From NCBI GenBank assembly GCA_019828565.1, contig JAHDYR010000062.1, positions 1,485,058 to 1,549,057 of the forward strand: a stretch of DNA of 64,000 nt, written 5' to 3'. Shown here one piece after another: positions 8,550 to 20,030 of the stretch. The position numbers and the translations under genes were made by a program. Under the pieces are notes generated by a model, which saw only the letters and a list, made by a program, of their open reading frames with translations, searched no databases and was not told the DNA's origin. Position 1 is the first letter of the stretch. Every line of letters begins with the position of its first letter. Source of the DNA: Carpediemonas membranifera BICM (lineage: Eukaryota > Protista > Fornicata).

Positions 8550-11516
8550 TCACGCCTCGTCAGGCTTGGGGAACTTTCTCTCGAGCCAGGGGATTCGCAT
8601 CTCCACGAGGTCCTCGGGCCCGATGCCCTTGAGGTCTCGCGTGCCGACAGACTCGAAGAGAAGCCCGCCGACCTCTGTGAAGTCAGCCTCCTTGATGAGC
8701 TCGGCGGTGGCCTTGCTGAGCAGGATCTGGCCGCCTGCCGCCGCCTTGCAGACCCTCGCGGCCATGTTGACGTCCATGCCGAGGAAGTCGACCTTGCGGC
8801 TGACAGTGTCATACAGGAGCTGGGGCGTGCCGGTGTGGAAGCCCATGCGGATCCTCAGACCGCGGAACAGGGGCACGCGGTGCTGGGTCGACCTGGGGCA
8901 GCTGAGGCAGTGGTCAGGGAAGTGGCCCGTGTCCTTGGGGGCGCACGCGATGTCGCAGCTGAGGCAGTACGAGGCGCCGGCGGTGTACTCCGAGGCGTAG
9001 GCGGGGTGGGCGAGGTCCGGCCAGTCCGCCGCCAGCAGGGCCATCTGGGCCACGGAGCAGAACTTGGCGCAGTCCGCAGGTGAGCTGAACGCCACCATGA
9101 ACGCGTCGCCCTCGCGCTTGATCTCCATGTTAGGCCAGATGATCCTATGCGCGGTGAGGACATCCCTCATGACCTGGGTGTGAACCTGCAGCGCCTTGGC
9201 CATGGCGTTGGGGTCTGCCGCCCACATGGCGTCGCTCGACTGGACGTTGGAGAAGAGTATCGTCGTCGTGTCCGACGATAGGTCAGCAGTGTCGCTAGCC
9301 CCGAACATCACCACGTTGAAGCTCAGGTTGCAGAACTGTGTAGTGACGGGAGCAGCCGTCTCGATGGGGCTGGCCTCCTCGAACGCCTCGCCCTCCGTGT
9401 CGACCGAGTCGTAATGACTGAAGACGACTGAGCCCGAGTCCTCCACTGACCCGGGCATGCGGGCCTCGAAGTCGTCCGAGTCGGAGTCCGAGATGATGCC
9501 GGCCGACATGATCTCGATGTTGTCGTCGTCACAGATGCGACAGCCCGCAGGCAGCCGCCGCTCGGCGAAGGGCATGCGGGAGACCCGGTCGGCCTCCTCT
9601 GCTTGTGCAGACGTCCCGCGGTCCAGGCCGACGAAGCCCTCGTCGGTCCAGTCCGTGATGCGGCGGGCAGCGATGCCCACGCGGGGGGATACCGGAATTC
9701 CGGAAACAGTGTAGCCCCGCCGGAAGGGGTTAGCGGCGGGGTTGGATCGAGACCTGCCCCGACCCAGGAGACGGGACGAGGAGGACGACACGACGGTCTT
9801 TCCACTGGGCAGGAACCTCTCAGTCGAGGATTGCCGTTCAGACCAGGCCCGCTGCATGGAGTTGGGCGACCCCCCCGTCTGAAGGGAGAGCAGTTCAAAC
9901 GAAGGCGTCGTGCACCTGTCGTCGCCCTCCCCGAACTCGTTGTGGTGACCGCTCATCGTCGACCCGACAGTGAACGTGCTGAACTCACCGCCGGACAGGT
10001 GGATGAGGATCGGTGCCCCGATTGCCGCACGGGCCTTGCGTTGGAGCGTGACGATGTCCTCGGACAACACCACATAGGCTGCGAAACACCAGAAGATGAC
10101 GGCGCCGTACCTTGTGTGGAACTCGCGGCTGATCGGGTCAGTGAGCGACAGCACGCGGCTCAGCAGCTGGTTCTTGGTCCCGGACATCAGAATGAGTCGC
10201 TCCCCGAGTCGCACCGAGTTGGCGGTCCTTAGCCCGCGTGCAGAGACCTGGTGCACGAAGACAAGTGAGAGGATCTCATAACCGCGGTGGTCGAAGCCGC
10301 ACACCTTCCCGAGCGGGTGGAGCGCGCTCATCTCGGTCATCAGCGTCGTGATCTCCTCCGAGGGCGCGTCACACCCCGACCATCGGGCGTACACCTCTCC
10401 CGCAGGCTTGTGGTCGATCTCTTCGATCATAAACCCGTCCTCGGAAATCTTCGTGACCATGCCGCCGGTGGCACTGGGAGAGAACCCGTAGCTGGAGACT
10501 GTCTTGACGTCGCACTCCGTCCAGAACGCCACCACGGCCATGGCGTTGGAGCTGACAAGCTCTTGCGTGACAATCCACATCGGGTCGCGATCAATGAGCT
10601 CCTCCCCACTTGCATTGCCCCCCACGATGCTCACATCGGTCCCGAAGAACGTCTGGATCGAGCTAATGATGTCCTCCTCGTGGCCTTGGGTGTTCAACAC
10701 GGCCACGGCCTTGGGGACCTGGCGCCGGGACGAAGACACCTCCATGCCCGCGGACTGGCACGAGATGGACGCCGCCTCGAAGCCTATGACCGGAGCAGGC
10801 ATGTCCTCCTTGCAGACTGCCCCGATCCCGACTACGCCTGAGTCGACCAGTGCAAAGATGGCGACATGCATACCAGTGACGAGGGAGTCCTCTGTGATGG
10901 CCGCGGGGTGCTCGCAGATGCCGATGAAGGGGATTTTTGTCCCGAACTCCTGCTGTATTGTCTGCTGAAGTGCGGTGGGGTCGTGCTTGGGGTGCGAGGT
11001 TATCATGAGGAAGCTCGGCTTGCGGTTATACAGCTTGCACTTCAGATGGAAGGCCGCGTCGTGCACCGCTGCGGCCGTGTCTCGGAAGGGTGATACCGCG
11101 GTGGCAGTGATTGTCTTCTCGCGAGGCCGATATTGCTCATCGCTTTCACTGTACTTGCTGACGAAAAAAGTAGTGCTCCGCTCGAACCTCAGTCTCTGCA
11201 GCAGCATGTGGAAGTCCAGGGAGTGCTTCGTCAGCATCCCCAGAGGCGTGGTGATCCGTACTGGCTGGCCGTACTTGCAGCCAACGGACGAATAGAGCGA
11301 ATCGACGCTGAGATTGGCCATTGGGATCTTCAGACAGCGCGTCCGGGACCTCTTAGTACCTTCAATCGCCTCGTCAGGCCGTGCTTTCTTGTCATGTTCA
11401 CTTGGCTTGAAGTTATCGTGGAGAATCGCTCTGAATTGCACTCTTTGCGACTGTGTTTCTCTGCCACGTCGTTTTGTTTTCGATCGGGGCCTCGAGGGCA
11501 TGGTACCACCATCCAT
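8550..11516 (-). CDS. FIST-domain class III adenylate cyclase-like protein
   Basis: FIST_N/FIST_C motifs (IVGGNA, SYGFSP, IEEIDHKPAGEVY, IFWCFA, SGGEF); cyclase KREGDAFMVAF, FRGLRIRMGFHTG, DFLGMDVNMAARV, GGQILLS, DLKGI. Confidence 0.85.
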   Translation of the reverse strand: MDGGTMPSRPRSKTKRRGRETQSQRVQFRAILHDNFKPSEHDKKARPDEAIEGTKRSRTRCLKIPMANLSVDSLYSSVGCKYGQPVRITTPLGMLTKHSLDFHMLLQRLRFERSTTFFVSKYSESDEQYRPREKTITATAVSPFRDTAAAVHDAAFHLKCKLYNRKPSFLMITSHPKHDPTALQQTIQQEFGTKIPFIGICEHPAAITEDSLVTGMHVAIFALVDSGVVGIGAVCKEDMPAPVIGFEAASISCQSAGMEVSSSRRQVPKAVAVLNTQGHEEDIISSIQTFFGTDVSIVGGNASGEELIDRDPMWIVTQELVSSNAMAVVAFWTECDVKTVSSYGFSPSATGGMVTKISEDGFMIEEIDHKPAGEVYARWSGCDAPSEEITTLMTEMSALHPLGKVCGFDHRGYEILSLVFVHQVSARGLRTANSVRLGERLILMSGTKNQLLSRVLSLTDPISREFHTRYGAVIFWCFAAYVVLSEDIVTLQRKARAAIGAPILIHLSGGEFSTFTVGSTMSGHHNEFGEGDDRCTTPSFELLSLQTGGSPNSMQRAWSERQSSTERFLPSGKTVVSSSSSRLLGRGRSRSNPAANPFRRGYTVSGIPVSPRVGIAARRITDWTDEGFVGLDRGTSAQAEEADRVSRMPFAERRLPAGCRICDDDNIEIMSAGIISDSDSDDFEARMPGSVEDSGSVVFSHYDSVDTEGEAFEEASPIETAAPVTTQFCNLSFNVVMFGASDTADLSSDTTTILFSNVQSSDAMWAADPNAMAKALQVHTQVMRDVLTAHRIIWPNMEIKREGDAFMVAFSSPADCAKFCSVAQMALLAADWPDLAHPAYASEYTAGASYCLSCDIACAPKDTGHFPDHCLSCPRSTQHRVPLFRGLRIRMGFHTGTPQLLYDTVSRKVDFLGMDVNMAARVCKAAAGGQILLSKATAELIKEADFTEVGGLLFESVGTRDLKGIGPEDLVEMRIPWLERKFPKPDEA

Positions 11517-11661
11517 TGTGTTGGATTATTCTTAAGTTCGTATTGGGCCGAGAAATTTGGAGATCCACGCAGATTGAGAGAATCAGATCGTATCCAGGCT
11601 TGATATACTCAATACACTGACTAAAGCTGACTTTACAAACAAATTCGTCAAAACTTCGGGG

Positions 11662-13062
11662 TCACCCGCCTGTCTCCAGCAGGTCGACGAGGTCCTCTAT
11701 TGCCATGGTCAGTCGACTCAGGTCCACAGTCGTATCGCCCAGACGGACCTCGCCCTCCCTCGGGCCGACCATGTCGACGTCGACATCTTCCCCGATGATG
11801 TCTGGCAGTAGGTTCAGGTCAGCCTCAGTGACAGCGGCGGCGGACTCATTCTCGACTGGCTCGGCGTGTATCGCCGGGAAGTGCGTCTCCTCCCCGAAGC
11901 CGACGGCGACGGACTCGTGGACGTCGTCGAACCACGGCGGGAGGTCCATGTCGACCCGGTTGGCTCGGATCAGCTGCAGGGCCGCCATCTTGGCGTCATG
12001 CCCACTCCGCAGTGTCCGTCGAGCCGCCCGGTGGGCGTCTGCAGTCGCCCGAGTCGTCTCGACGACAACTCTCGCGATGAGTCCGTCGATGACGTCCGGG
12101 TCCTGGCAGGCCTTGAGCGTCGCGAGATATTCCTTGGGAAGCTTGTTCCTATCGATGCTGGCCTGGGTCTGCGCCATGTCAGCCTTCGAAACGGGGGCCG
12201 CGGCTGACCCACACACGGGGCATACGAACGTCTGCACTGTCCCGTCGACCACGGTGCGGCCCACGTCCGTAGTCTCGAGCTTGATGCTGAAGGGGAAGCG
12301 GCCGTTGATCTTGACCTTGTCGATGCCGGTGAACTCCGTCGCCAGGCTCCGTCTCAGCGGGCCCAGCGCGTCCAGCGTGCGAGCCCGGAACTTGACCCGA
12401 CCCGACTTCTCCACAATGATGCTGATGCTGGGGTCGACCGGCAGGTGCCGTAGGCTGCCCGAGTTCGGGTCATAAATGATGGTCAGCCCCCGCTCCGTGC
12501 CCGTGAACCCCGGCCCGGTCCGAATCCACCAGCCCCCCTTCGGCCGCCGTCTCCCCACTGCACCGCCGCCCTCTAGCTTGTACTCAAGCTCGTACTTGAG
12601 GTCGTCGCGCTCGGCGATGCAGTCTGCGGAGCGGTGTGGGTCGAAGGGCTCGTTGACGTTGCACCGTGGGTTCGGGCACGTATACAAGATGTCCGCAGCC
12701 TTCGCCTCCTTGCCGAAGTCCTTGTTCACGCCCTGTGAGATCATCTCAAGGCGGTATGTGATGGCGTTGATGAGGAATTTGAAGTCGATGGTGTAACATG
12801 GACCTGTCGCTGCCTTCTCGGCGGCATTGGCGGGGGTTGCGTGCTCGATGATCAATCCATCGGCTTGCAATTTGCCAGTAATATGCTGTATTTGCTTCTC
12901 AGAGAGCCCGAGGGTGTTGCAAAGCTCGGTCGTCGTGACAGTTTGTGATCCAGCCATGATGCGGTTAAGAATGTAGTTCATTACAACATAATACCGTGGT
13001 TTGTACATCATATTGAGCGTTAAATACGCCAATGCCGACAGACTATTGGTTTTGGGCGGCAT
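11662..13062 (-). CDS. Transcription factor TFIIE alpha subunit with 130-aa insertion in zinc ribbon
   Basis: Winged-helix N-term (ELCNTLGLSEKQIQHITGKLQADGLI; YTIDFKFLINAITYRLEMI), CPNPRC...FVCPVC ribbon, LPPWF motif. Confidence 0.75.
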   Translation of the reverse strand: MPPKTNSLSALAYLTLNMMYKPRYYVVMNYILNRIMAGSQTVTTTELCNTLGLSEKQIQHITGKLQADGLIIEHATPANAAEKAATGPCYTIDFKFLINAITYRLEMISQGVNKDFGKEAKAADILYTCPNPRCNVNEPFDPHRSADCIAERDDLKYELEYKLEGGGAVGRRRPKGGWWIRTGPGFTGTERGLTIIYDPNSGSLRHLPVDPSISIIVEKSGRVKFRARTLDALGPLRRSLATEFTGIDKVKINGRFPFSIKLETTDVGRTVVDGTVQTFVCPVCGSAAAPVSKADMAQTQASIDRNKLPKEYLATLKACQDPDVIDGLIARVVVETTRATADAHRAARRTLRSGHDAKMAALQLIRANRVDMDLPPWFDDVHESVAVGFGEETHFPAIHAEPVENESAAAVTEADLNLLPDIIGEDVDVDMVGPREGEVRLGDTTVDLSRLTMAIEDLVDLLETGG

Positions 13063-13255
13063 CGCGGCTCGATAGTTGCATAACCTGCCGTGTGTGTCAC
13101 TCGACCGCCCAGGCATGAGGACAAGAGAACGGCGTGCCCAGAAGCTGCTACTGTGCCCGTACATCATAATATGTGATAATTCATTCGAATGGAGTAAGTG
13201 GAGATTTATGATCAGGTCGGCAGTACTGGCTTCAATCCGTGAATAAACACTGGAG

Positions 13256-16200
13256 CTACCCAGTGATCTGGCGGTCGAGCAACACAAACGACCTGCTCTT
13301 GATATCCAGCTGTCGCAGCAAGTGCTTCAGTACAATGGCGTACAGCCCGACGATGACGATGGAGTTGGACACGCACAGCCCGACGGTTGCAACCTCCGCA
13401 CCGCTGAGAACGTACATCATACGCTGGTGGCGGTCCATGAAGGTGTCGAACAGCACCTCCGCGATGGGCTGGGCGACCTTGAGCATCTCTACTGCGGTGC
13501 CGACGGGGAATTGGTCATTCGACGAGAAGGACGCGGCAAGTGCAGTATACCCGGCGATGGTGGGAACTAGGTCGTCGGGCAGCGTGCCCTGCAGGGCGTA
13601 TTCGATGACGATGGAGGGGGGCTTCAGCTCACCGATGATGGCCTCAAACTCCTCTGTGCGCGCCACGAAGTTGCCCGCCATCCTCGCATTGTTCCCTGGC
13701 CCCGTGCTGAGCGCGAGGGCCTCGCTGGTGAGCCCCATGACCAGAGTGTCTGCGGGACTGGTGCCCGAGAGGTACTCGGACATGAAGTAGTCCAGCATAA
13801 TGAGGAGGAAGGCGACGGCGAGGATGACGATGACGCAGCCGGCAATGACCAACAACGCCGCGACCGTGCCGTAGAAGTACTTCCGGAGCGAGTAGTTCAG
13901 TGCCTTTCGCCGCACCTGCACAGTCGACTCCCGGCGGTGGCGATGGAACGAGCTGAGCCCGATGAGCATCGAGGGCAGCATGAAGAAGAGAGAGAACATC
14001 AGCGTCGCGAATACAATGCACAGCGACGTCACTGCCGTCCCCATGTAAGCCAGTCGCGTCCACTCCACCGTGCACAGGACGGACCCGACACGACCATCCC
14101 GGACAGCACTGGCCGCATCCACGAGATCGCCCAGGTCTGTAGGGATCTGTACACCGGTCAACACTAGGGCCAGAGCCATCTCGGCCTGGTTGGAGACGGG
14201 TAGCTCGAGGTCGGCGGTCCTGGTCCCGTATCGCGTCTGGTCGATCGGCCTGTCGTCAGAGGAGTCCCACTCGAAGCCGACAAGGCGACTGGGCAGGGCA
14301 CGCTCGTCGATGGAGGCGCTCGAGGCAGCGAGGCAGCTCGCAATATTCATCGTGCGGTTCACAATCTCGAGATACGTTTCGAAATCATCTGTATCCAGCT
14401 GCGAATCCGACTCGGCGACGGCCAAGTACGTCTCTCTCGAGTCGTCGAGGACTGCAAACGCCGCCCCCAGGCTTTCCAGGGCAAACTCATCCACGTTGAC
14501 AGCGAATCGCTGCACCGCGGTCAGGGTCTGGTGCACGGCGATGTTGAGACTGTTGAACGCCGCCATCGAGTCCCTCGCGGTGGCGACGTCATCGTACGAG
14601 TTCAGAACGGCGTACGACAGGGGCGCGATAGTGGTGACGACCGCGCCGATGCAGGCGACGACCACGAGCAGGGCTGCGCCGACGATGACCTGGTGGGCCA
14701 TCTGTCTGCGGCGCCGCTCTCTGATCAGGGCGGTGGGAGCGACTGCGATGAGGGTGCATACGATGTTGCAGGCGCTGAGTCCAACGAGAATCAGCGCCGT
14801 GCTCAGCGTCTCGGGTGGCTCGATGCTATCCGACACCACGCCGTTTAGATTGTCCAGGGCAGACCAGTAGCTGTCCAGGGAATCGGTCAGCTTCCTGTCG
14901 AACACGATGGCCGTAGCCAGGGTGACCTGCTCGGCGGCCGTCCTGGCGGTGGTGTCGTAAGCAGTGTCGGTGTACCACGTCGTCTCGTTATGCCCGTACA
15001 TTCCACTGTCGAAGCCATGGTACGTCTCGGACGAGAAGTTCCAGGCGACATCGAAGAGCACGACAAGGTCAGCAGAATACCCGTGGCCGAACGCCGCGAC
15101 ATTCAGCGCGACTCTTTCGTAGTAGAAGGAGAGGTCCCAGGCCTGTAGGGCGGCGGCCATCTCGGGGCTGGTGCCGATTGACGGAGACGTCTCGAAGGCA
15201 GAGAGCAGCTCCGAGAAGGAAACGTCGCCCAGGAATGTCGTCTGGTACGAGTTGAACGAGGCTACGTCCCCGCCGACGACGAACCTTGCCAGATGGAGGG
15301 ATGCGAGTGTGTGGGTGCCGAGGAAGGCGATGGGGTCGAACGACAGGTGCCCCGAGAGCGCCTCGAAGGACTCAAAGGCGCCGAGCAGGTTGGACAGGAG
15401 GAGGCCGAAGCGGATGATCGTGAAGATGACGCCGATGGAGAAGATGGCGATGGCGAGCATAAGCCCGGCCATCTCGATGACGGAGATGCCCGTGTCGCCG
15501 GGCGTGTGGTTGCTGTTGAACGAGTCCGTACTGGCCCCCACCTGCTTGCTCTTGAACTTCGTCCGCAGGAAAAGCTTGACCTCGGCTACGAGCCCGCGTT
15601 TGTGGGTCCGCATCGCCTCCATGACGAGGGCCTCGTCGCTTGACATGCTGCTCGGCCCGCTGCTCTCTTCCTCCACTGGGAAGTCCTCGGCCCGCTTCTC
15701 GCTGTCGAGGTGGAAGACAGGCCCGGCGGTCTCGGTGGCGTGGGGGGTGAAGCTGACACGCCGCTTGTGGCCGGGGGAGTCGGGGGACTTCCAGAGAACG
15801 TCGTCGTTGTTGAACGACTGCAGCTTGTCCTCCGAGCCCACTGTGACCAGCTCAGCCGTGATGCTCTTGTAGTGGGCCGGACGGATCTCCTTCTTCACCC
15901 AAGTCGGAGAGTCGTCCCCATCAATTGATGAGGTCTTGCTGTCTCTGAGCAACGCCCGGTCGGCCTGGCGTCTCGCGTGCACCGAGGAGGTCTCGGGCTC
16001 AAGGAAGAAGCTGGTGTCGGTCAAGTCAAATCCGAGACTGGGGACCGGCGAGTCAGAATCTGGATCCATGACCGTCAGATCTTTCTCGATATCTGTAAAT
16101 CTCTCCCGCATCGCATGTACGATTCGGATCTGTCGCTGGACCTGAGCCTTGGACGCTCCCAGACAGGTGGCGAGAGCCATGTCGCAGGATCGAAGGACTG

Positions 16201-19200
16201 ATGTAAACGACCGCGACACCAACCAGAAGGACAGCACCGTGATGATGACCATCTGGGCGATCGCTACGACGCCGAGGATGAGGGCCGACTCTCGGACAAG
16301 CGAGAGGGTCTCAGCGCGGGCCTCGTCCAGCAGCGTGAGACAGATGCCGGGGAAGAGGCGGACGGCGTTGGACACGATGTACTCCTGCGCCTGGGCGATC
16401 GTCTCGTCCGCATAGAGGTCTGCACTGAAGCCTGCGGTCCGGTTGGCGACGGTGGACAGCGCCGAGGCGACCCGCACGGCGACGACCCATATGTCGATGG
16501 GCGTGTACTCTGTGGCGCTGGGGGTGATGACGTGATGGTGTCTCGAGAGGAAAGTCTTGGGGAAGTTGTCGGGCAGAGTGAAGAGGAAGTCAAAGTTTGT
16601 CACGATCGAGTCGTGACTCGCCTCCATCAGCGGGGCGAGCGGCTCTGAGTACGCCTGGTCGATGTATGTCTGGTCCAGCGCCAGTGTGGAAGCCAGCAGG
16701 GCGGCCTGCTGGATGTCGTATGAAAGCTGGTGGACCGAACTCATGGTCGAGTGTACCGCCCGGATGAGCTCGGCCACGGCGAACACGAAGACGAACGTCA
16801 GCCCGAGCAGGACCAGGTTGATCACGAGCACGACGAGTAGACTCTGCTGGAGCTGGGCAATGGTCGTCTGCTTCTCGGCGCTCTTGCCGGTCCGGGTCAT
16901 CGACGAGGCCGACGAGAGCGACTCTGAGTCGTCGGAGTCAGCGTCCACCTCGTCGGCGTACTCTACTTTGATCCGCTGCACGGCCGCCTTGTCCCTCATG
17001 ACCGTGTCGAGGAAGAACAGCAGCCATTCCCTGATGACTGCCTCGCCTGGGAACCGTTTGAAGAGGTGAAGGTAGAGCGCCTCCGCCTCGTTCGCCGTGG
17101 TGCCGACGAGCTCGGCCTGACGCACGACGGCCTTCAGGTCGGGCGTGCGGTGTGCCAAGAGGGGCCAGAAGTGTGCTAAGTGTCGCAGTGCAACCATATG
17201 GTGCTTTCTGGCGGCATTCAGCATCCGTTCGATCTCGAGATGGGCGCTGGCTTGTTCGTGGCCGCCCAGCACGAAGACGTGCTTCATCTGAGTAATGAAT
17301 CCTGATACACCGCGTGCAAAGAGCTGTTGGTCGAACCGAACCTTACGGTACGACTCCTCGATGAGTGCGGTCAGCATAGCTTGGCTTGAGTTGATGGTCT
17401 CCGCGCCGTGTGTCGACGCCACGAGGATGACCGTCGACAGGGTCACCGTCGCTGTGTTGTGGTATAGCGCCACAGCCCGCCTGAGCACTGTCAGCCCGGC
17501 CTTGACCATGGTCTCCTGGTTGATGTCGTCGGGGCCAGACCGCCCGAACGCTGCCCCATCCCTGTCGACGAGGGGGCGGGTGCCGATCTCGATGGTGCGG
17601 ACAGAGGCGGCGGACAGGCTGGCGATGGCCAGGGAGGTCGGCTTTTCGGCGACAACGCGGCGTATAAGCATGGCTCGCTGCCCCGGCTCCAGCAGGGTGG
17701 ATTTGAAGAGATCAAAACGGGTCCGCTGGGCGAGCTCGGGTTGCAAGAGCACAGCTAGTACAAGCCTCTCGCAGTACCGGATGCGGATGAGCGTGACATA
17801 GCTGGCCAGAAGCGCTGCCACAATCGACAGGCCCGCGAGAGCGACGGCAAGGCCGAGCTCGATAACTTGGGAAGCATTAGTGGGGATGACGTCCTTGGCC
17901 GTGGCCAGCTCGACCGCGGAGAAGAGCACGCTGGAGAGGGGAACAACGGCAGCGGCCCCCAGGATGGCGGCGTGCAGCAGGTTCAGCCGGAGCCGGCGGA
18001 ACGGGGCGCCCCAGAGCAATAAGGCCAGCCCGACAGCATCAACGACTACGGCAAGGAGGGCGGTCACCCCGCGGGCCACGAGTGTGACGAGGGTGGACAG
18101 GGCGTCGAGCCCTGTGAGGTCCACGACATGGACCCCCACACAGGCGCCCGTCGCTGCCGCCGAGAGCACGGCTACCGCAGCAACCAGGCCCGCGGTGAGG
18201 GGTTCGGCGCTGAGGAAGGTGGGGGGCGGCGCGAGGACGAGCTGAACGAAGAAGGCCGCCGCAGCGAACACTACGACCAGCCCTAGGGCGACAACCGCTG
18301 CCACGGACACAGCTACGAGCTCGGCGGCCGACTGCTGGGCGTCTGTTGCTGTCGTGAGCACTGCAGAGACGGCGCACCCGAGGGAGCCGACGAGGCAGGC
18401 GCTGAGTACTGTGGGTAGGGCCAGCAGCAGGCCCGTGGCGCCGCGGCGGCCCCGGTTGAGTGCTGTGCTGTTGTCCGAGCGGATCGAGAACTGGTTCCAC
18501 ACGACCTGGGCGATGACCGCCACGAGATACACCAGCCCGACCACAGCCATGAGGTACGGCGGAACGAATGGGGCCGCAGCAGGCAGAGAGAAAAGCGCCA
18601 TAATTCCCTGCATCGCGCCCGCCCGGTCATCATAGCGGCCCATGAACGTGTGGGCGATCAGCACGGGCAGGAGCAGCGTCTGCAGCAGCGCCACGCCCAA
18701 CCCAACAACTGGCGCGGACCCGAGAGGTTTGCCGGCCGGGTTGGCGAACAGATCGAGTACACGTGACGATGGGGTGACCATGAGGGCGGCCTCTTTCGTC
18801 TGGGCCTCGAGCCGGGCGAGCTGCCACTTTTTGCGGACCTCGAGGTTCCTCGCGGCAACGGACGATAGCATAGAGCACACTACTGCGACTGTCTCGGCGA
18901 TGCTCTTGATCTGGTGCTCTGGACGTGCGGCGGAGCTCTCGAAAGCCGTTACCATGCCGTCTTCGTCCTGCACACCCAGATCGCGGGCCAGAGCACGCGC
19001 CTGGGCGATTGTCGCAGGGTTGGCGGGGGCCACAGCGATGCCGCCGAACACAAAGCTTGCGATGTGCGTCTTGTCGACCTCTATGGCCATGGCCCCGTCG
19101 GCAAAGAGGCCCGTGTGGCACACGCCGTGCTGTGGCTTTCCCAGCGTCACTAAGTTGAGCCTGGCGTTGGAGGCAAGGCAGCGCTGCACGCCCTCCTCGG

Positions 19201-19652
19201 TGCTCTTGGTGTACTTGGCGCAGAAAGGGTTAGGATGAACCTGTTCTACGATCTTTCGGCCGGCGTGGTCGATGAGCTGGCCGGCCATGCGGCCGTGGAA
19301 CGCCATGCGCTCGACCAGCAGATGGAGCTTGTTGTGGTTGATGAGACTGTCTATCGCCATCCCTGCCATGCCTGCCTCCCTGGAGCTGCGGTCTATGTAC
19401 AAGAAGGGCTCGAGCATTCGAACCCGGGCGGCAATGGTGGTATGGTCAGACAAATCAACGTCGCCGAAGACATAATCTAAGGTGTCCATGTATGGGCCGT
19501 TTTCAAGCGACGTAGTAGATGTAACAACGGAGGTATTTGAGAAAGAGAAGAGATCGGGGTTGTTTTCGATCGCCGGGGAACAAGTGAGCAAACTCGCATC
19601 GTCAACGTCCTGTGTTACTGAGAAGGAGCGAACATACCTCTATGTCAAGCAT
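13256..19652 (-). CDS. Large polytopic membrane protein: N-terminal PocR sensor plus TmcB/TmcC-like region; intron 19610-19637
   Basis: PocR pattern FCAKYTKSTEEGVQRC..CHTGLFADGAMAI..IASFVFGG; many TM segments; TPR-like AEALYLHLFKRFPGEAVIREWLLFFLDTVMRD; exon 1 MLDIE plus 28-nt GTATGT..TAACACAG intron. Confidence 0.75.
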
Positions 19653-20030
19653 TCTGCTGTTCGATTGCCCGACACGATTGGGACGGCGAGATATTTTGGA
19701 GACCCGAAATGAAGTGATCATCGGAACCTGCCACCACAGCTGTATCTCAGATACGGCCGCCAGGGCCTGACGTCGGCTGACACTGGTGCCGCACCACATG
19801 GCGACGTCGGGAAACGTGCCCTTTGACATGATTATTTATGCCGGCCCGAATCGTGTTGCAAGGCGGCCACTGTTGGCGTTATTGTACTTCAGGATGGTAT
19901 AATGCAAGTTCATTTAACAGCCAAGCGCTACCAACACACTCCTCTTAATCTTGAACATCGGCTAAACTGCACAATCCTCATGACTCCACATGTCGCCAAA
20001 TGCTACGATTTAAGACACTAATATCACAGT

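Noticed and set aside
13063-13287. N-terminal extensions in the ORF track (also 48201-48275, 55425-55595, 60143-60316, 41920-42009)
   Set aside because: Precede the recognisable domain start or crowd neighbouring genes; likely untranslated
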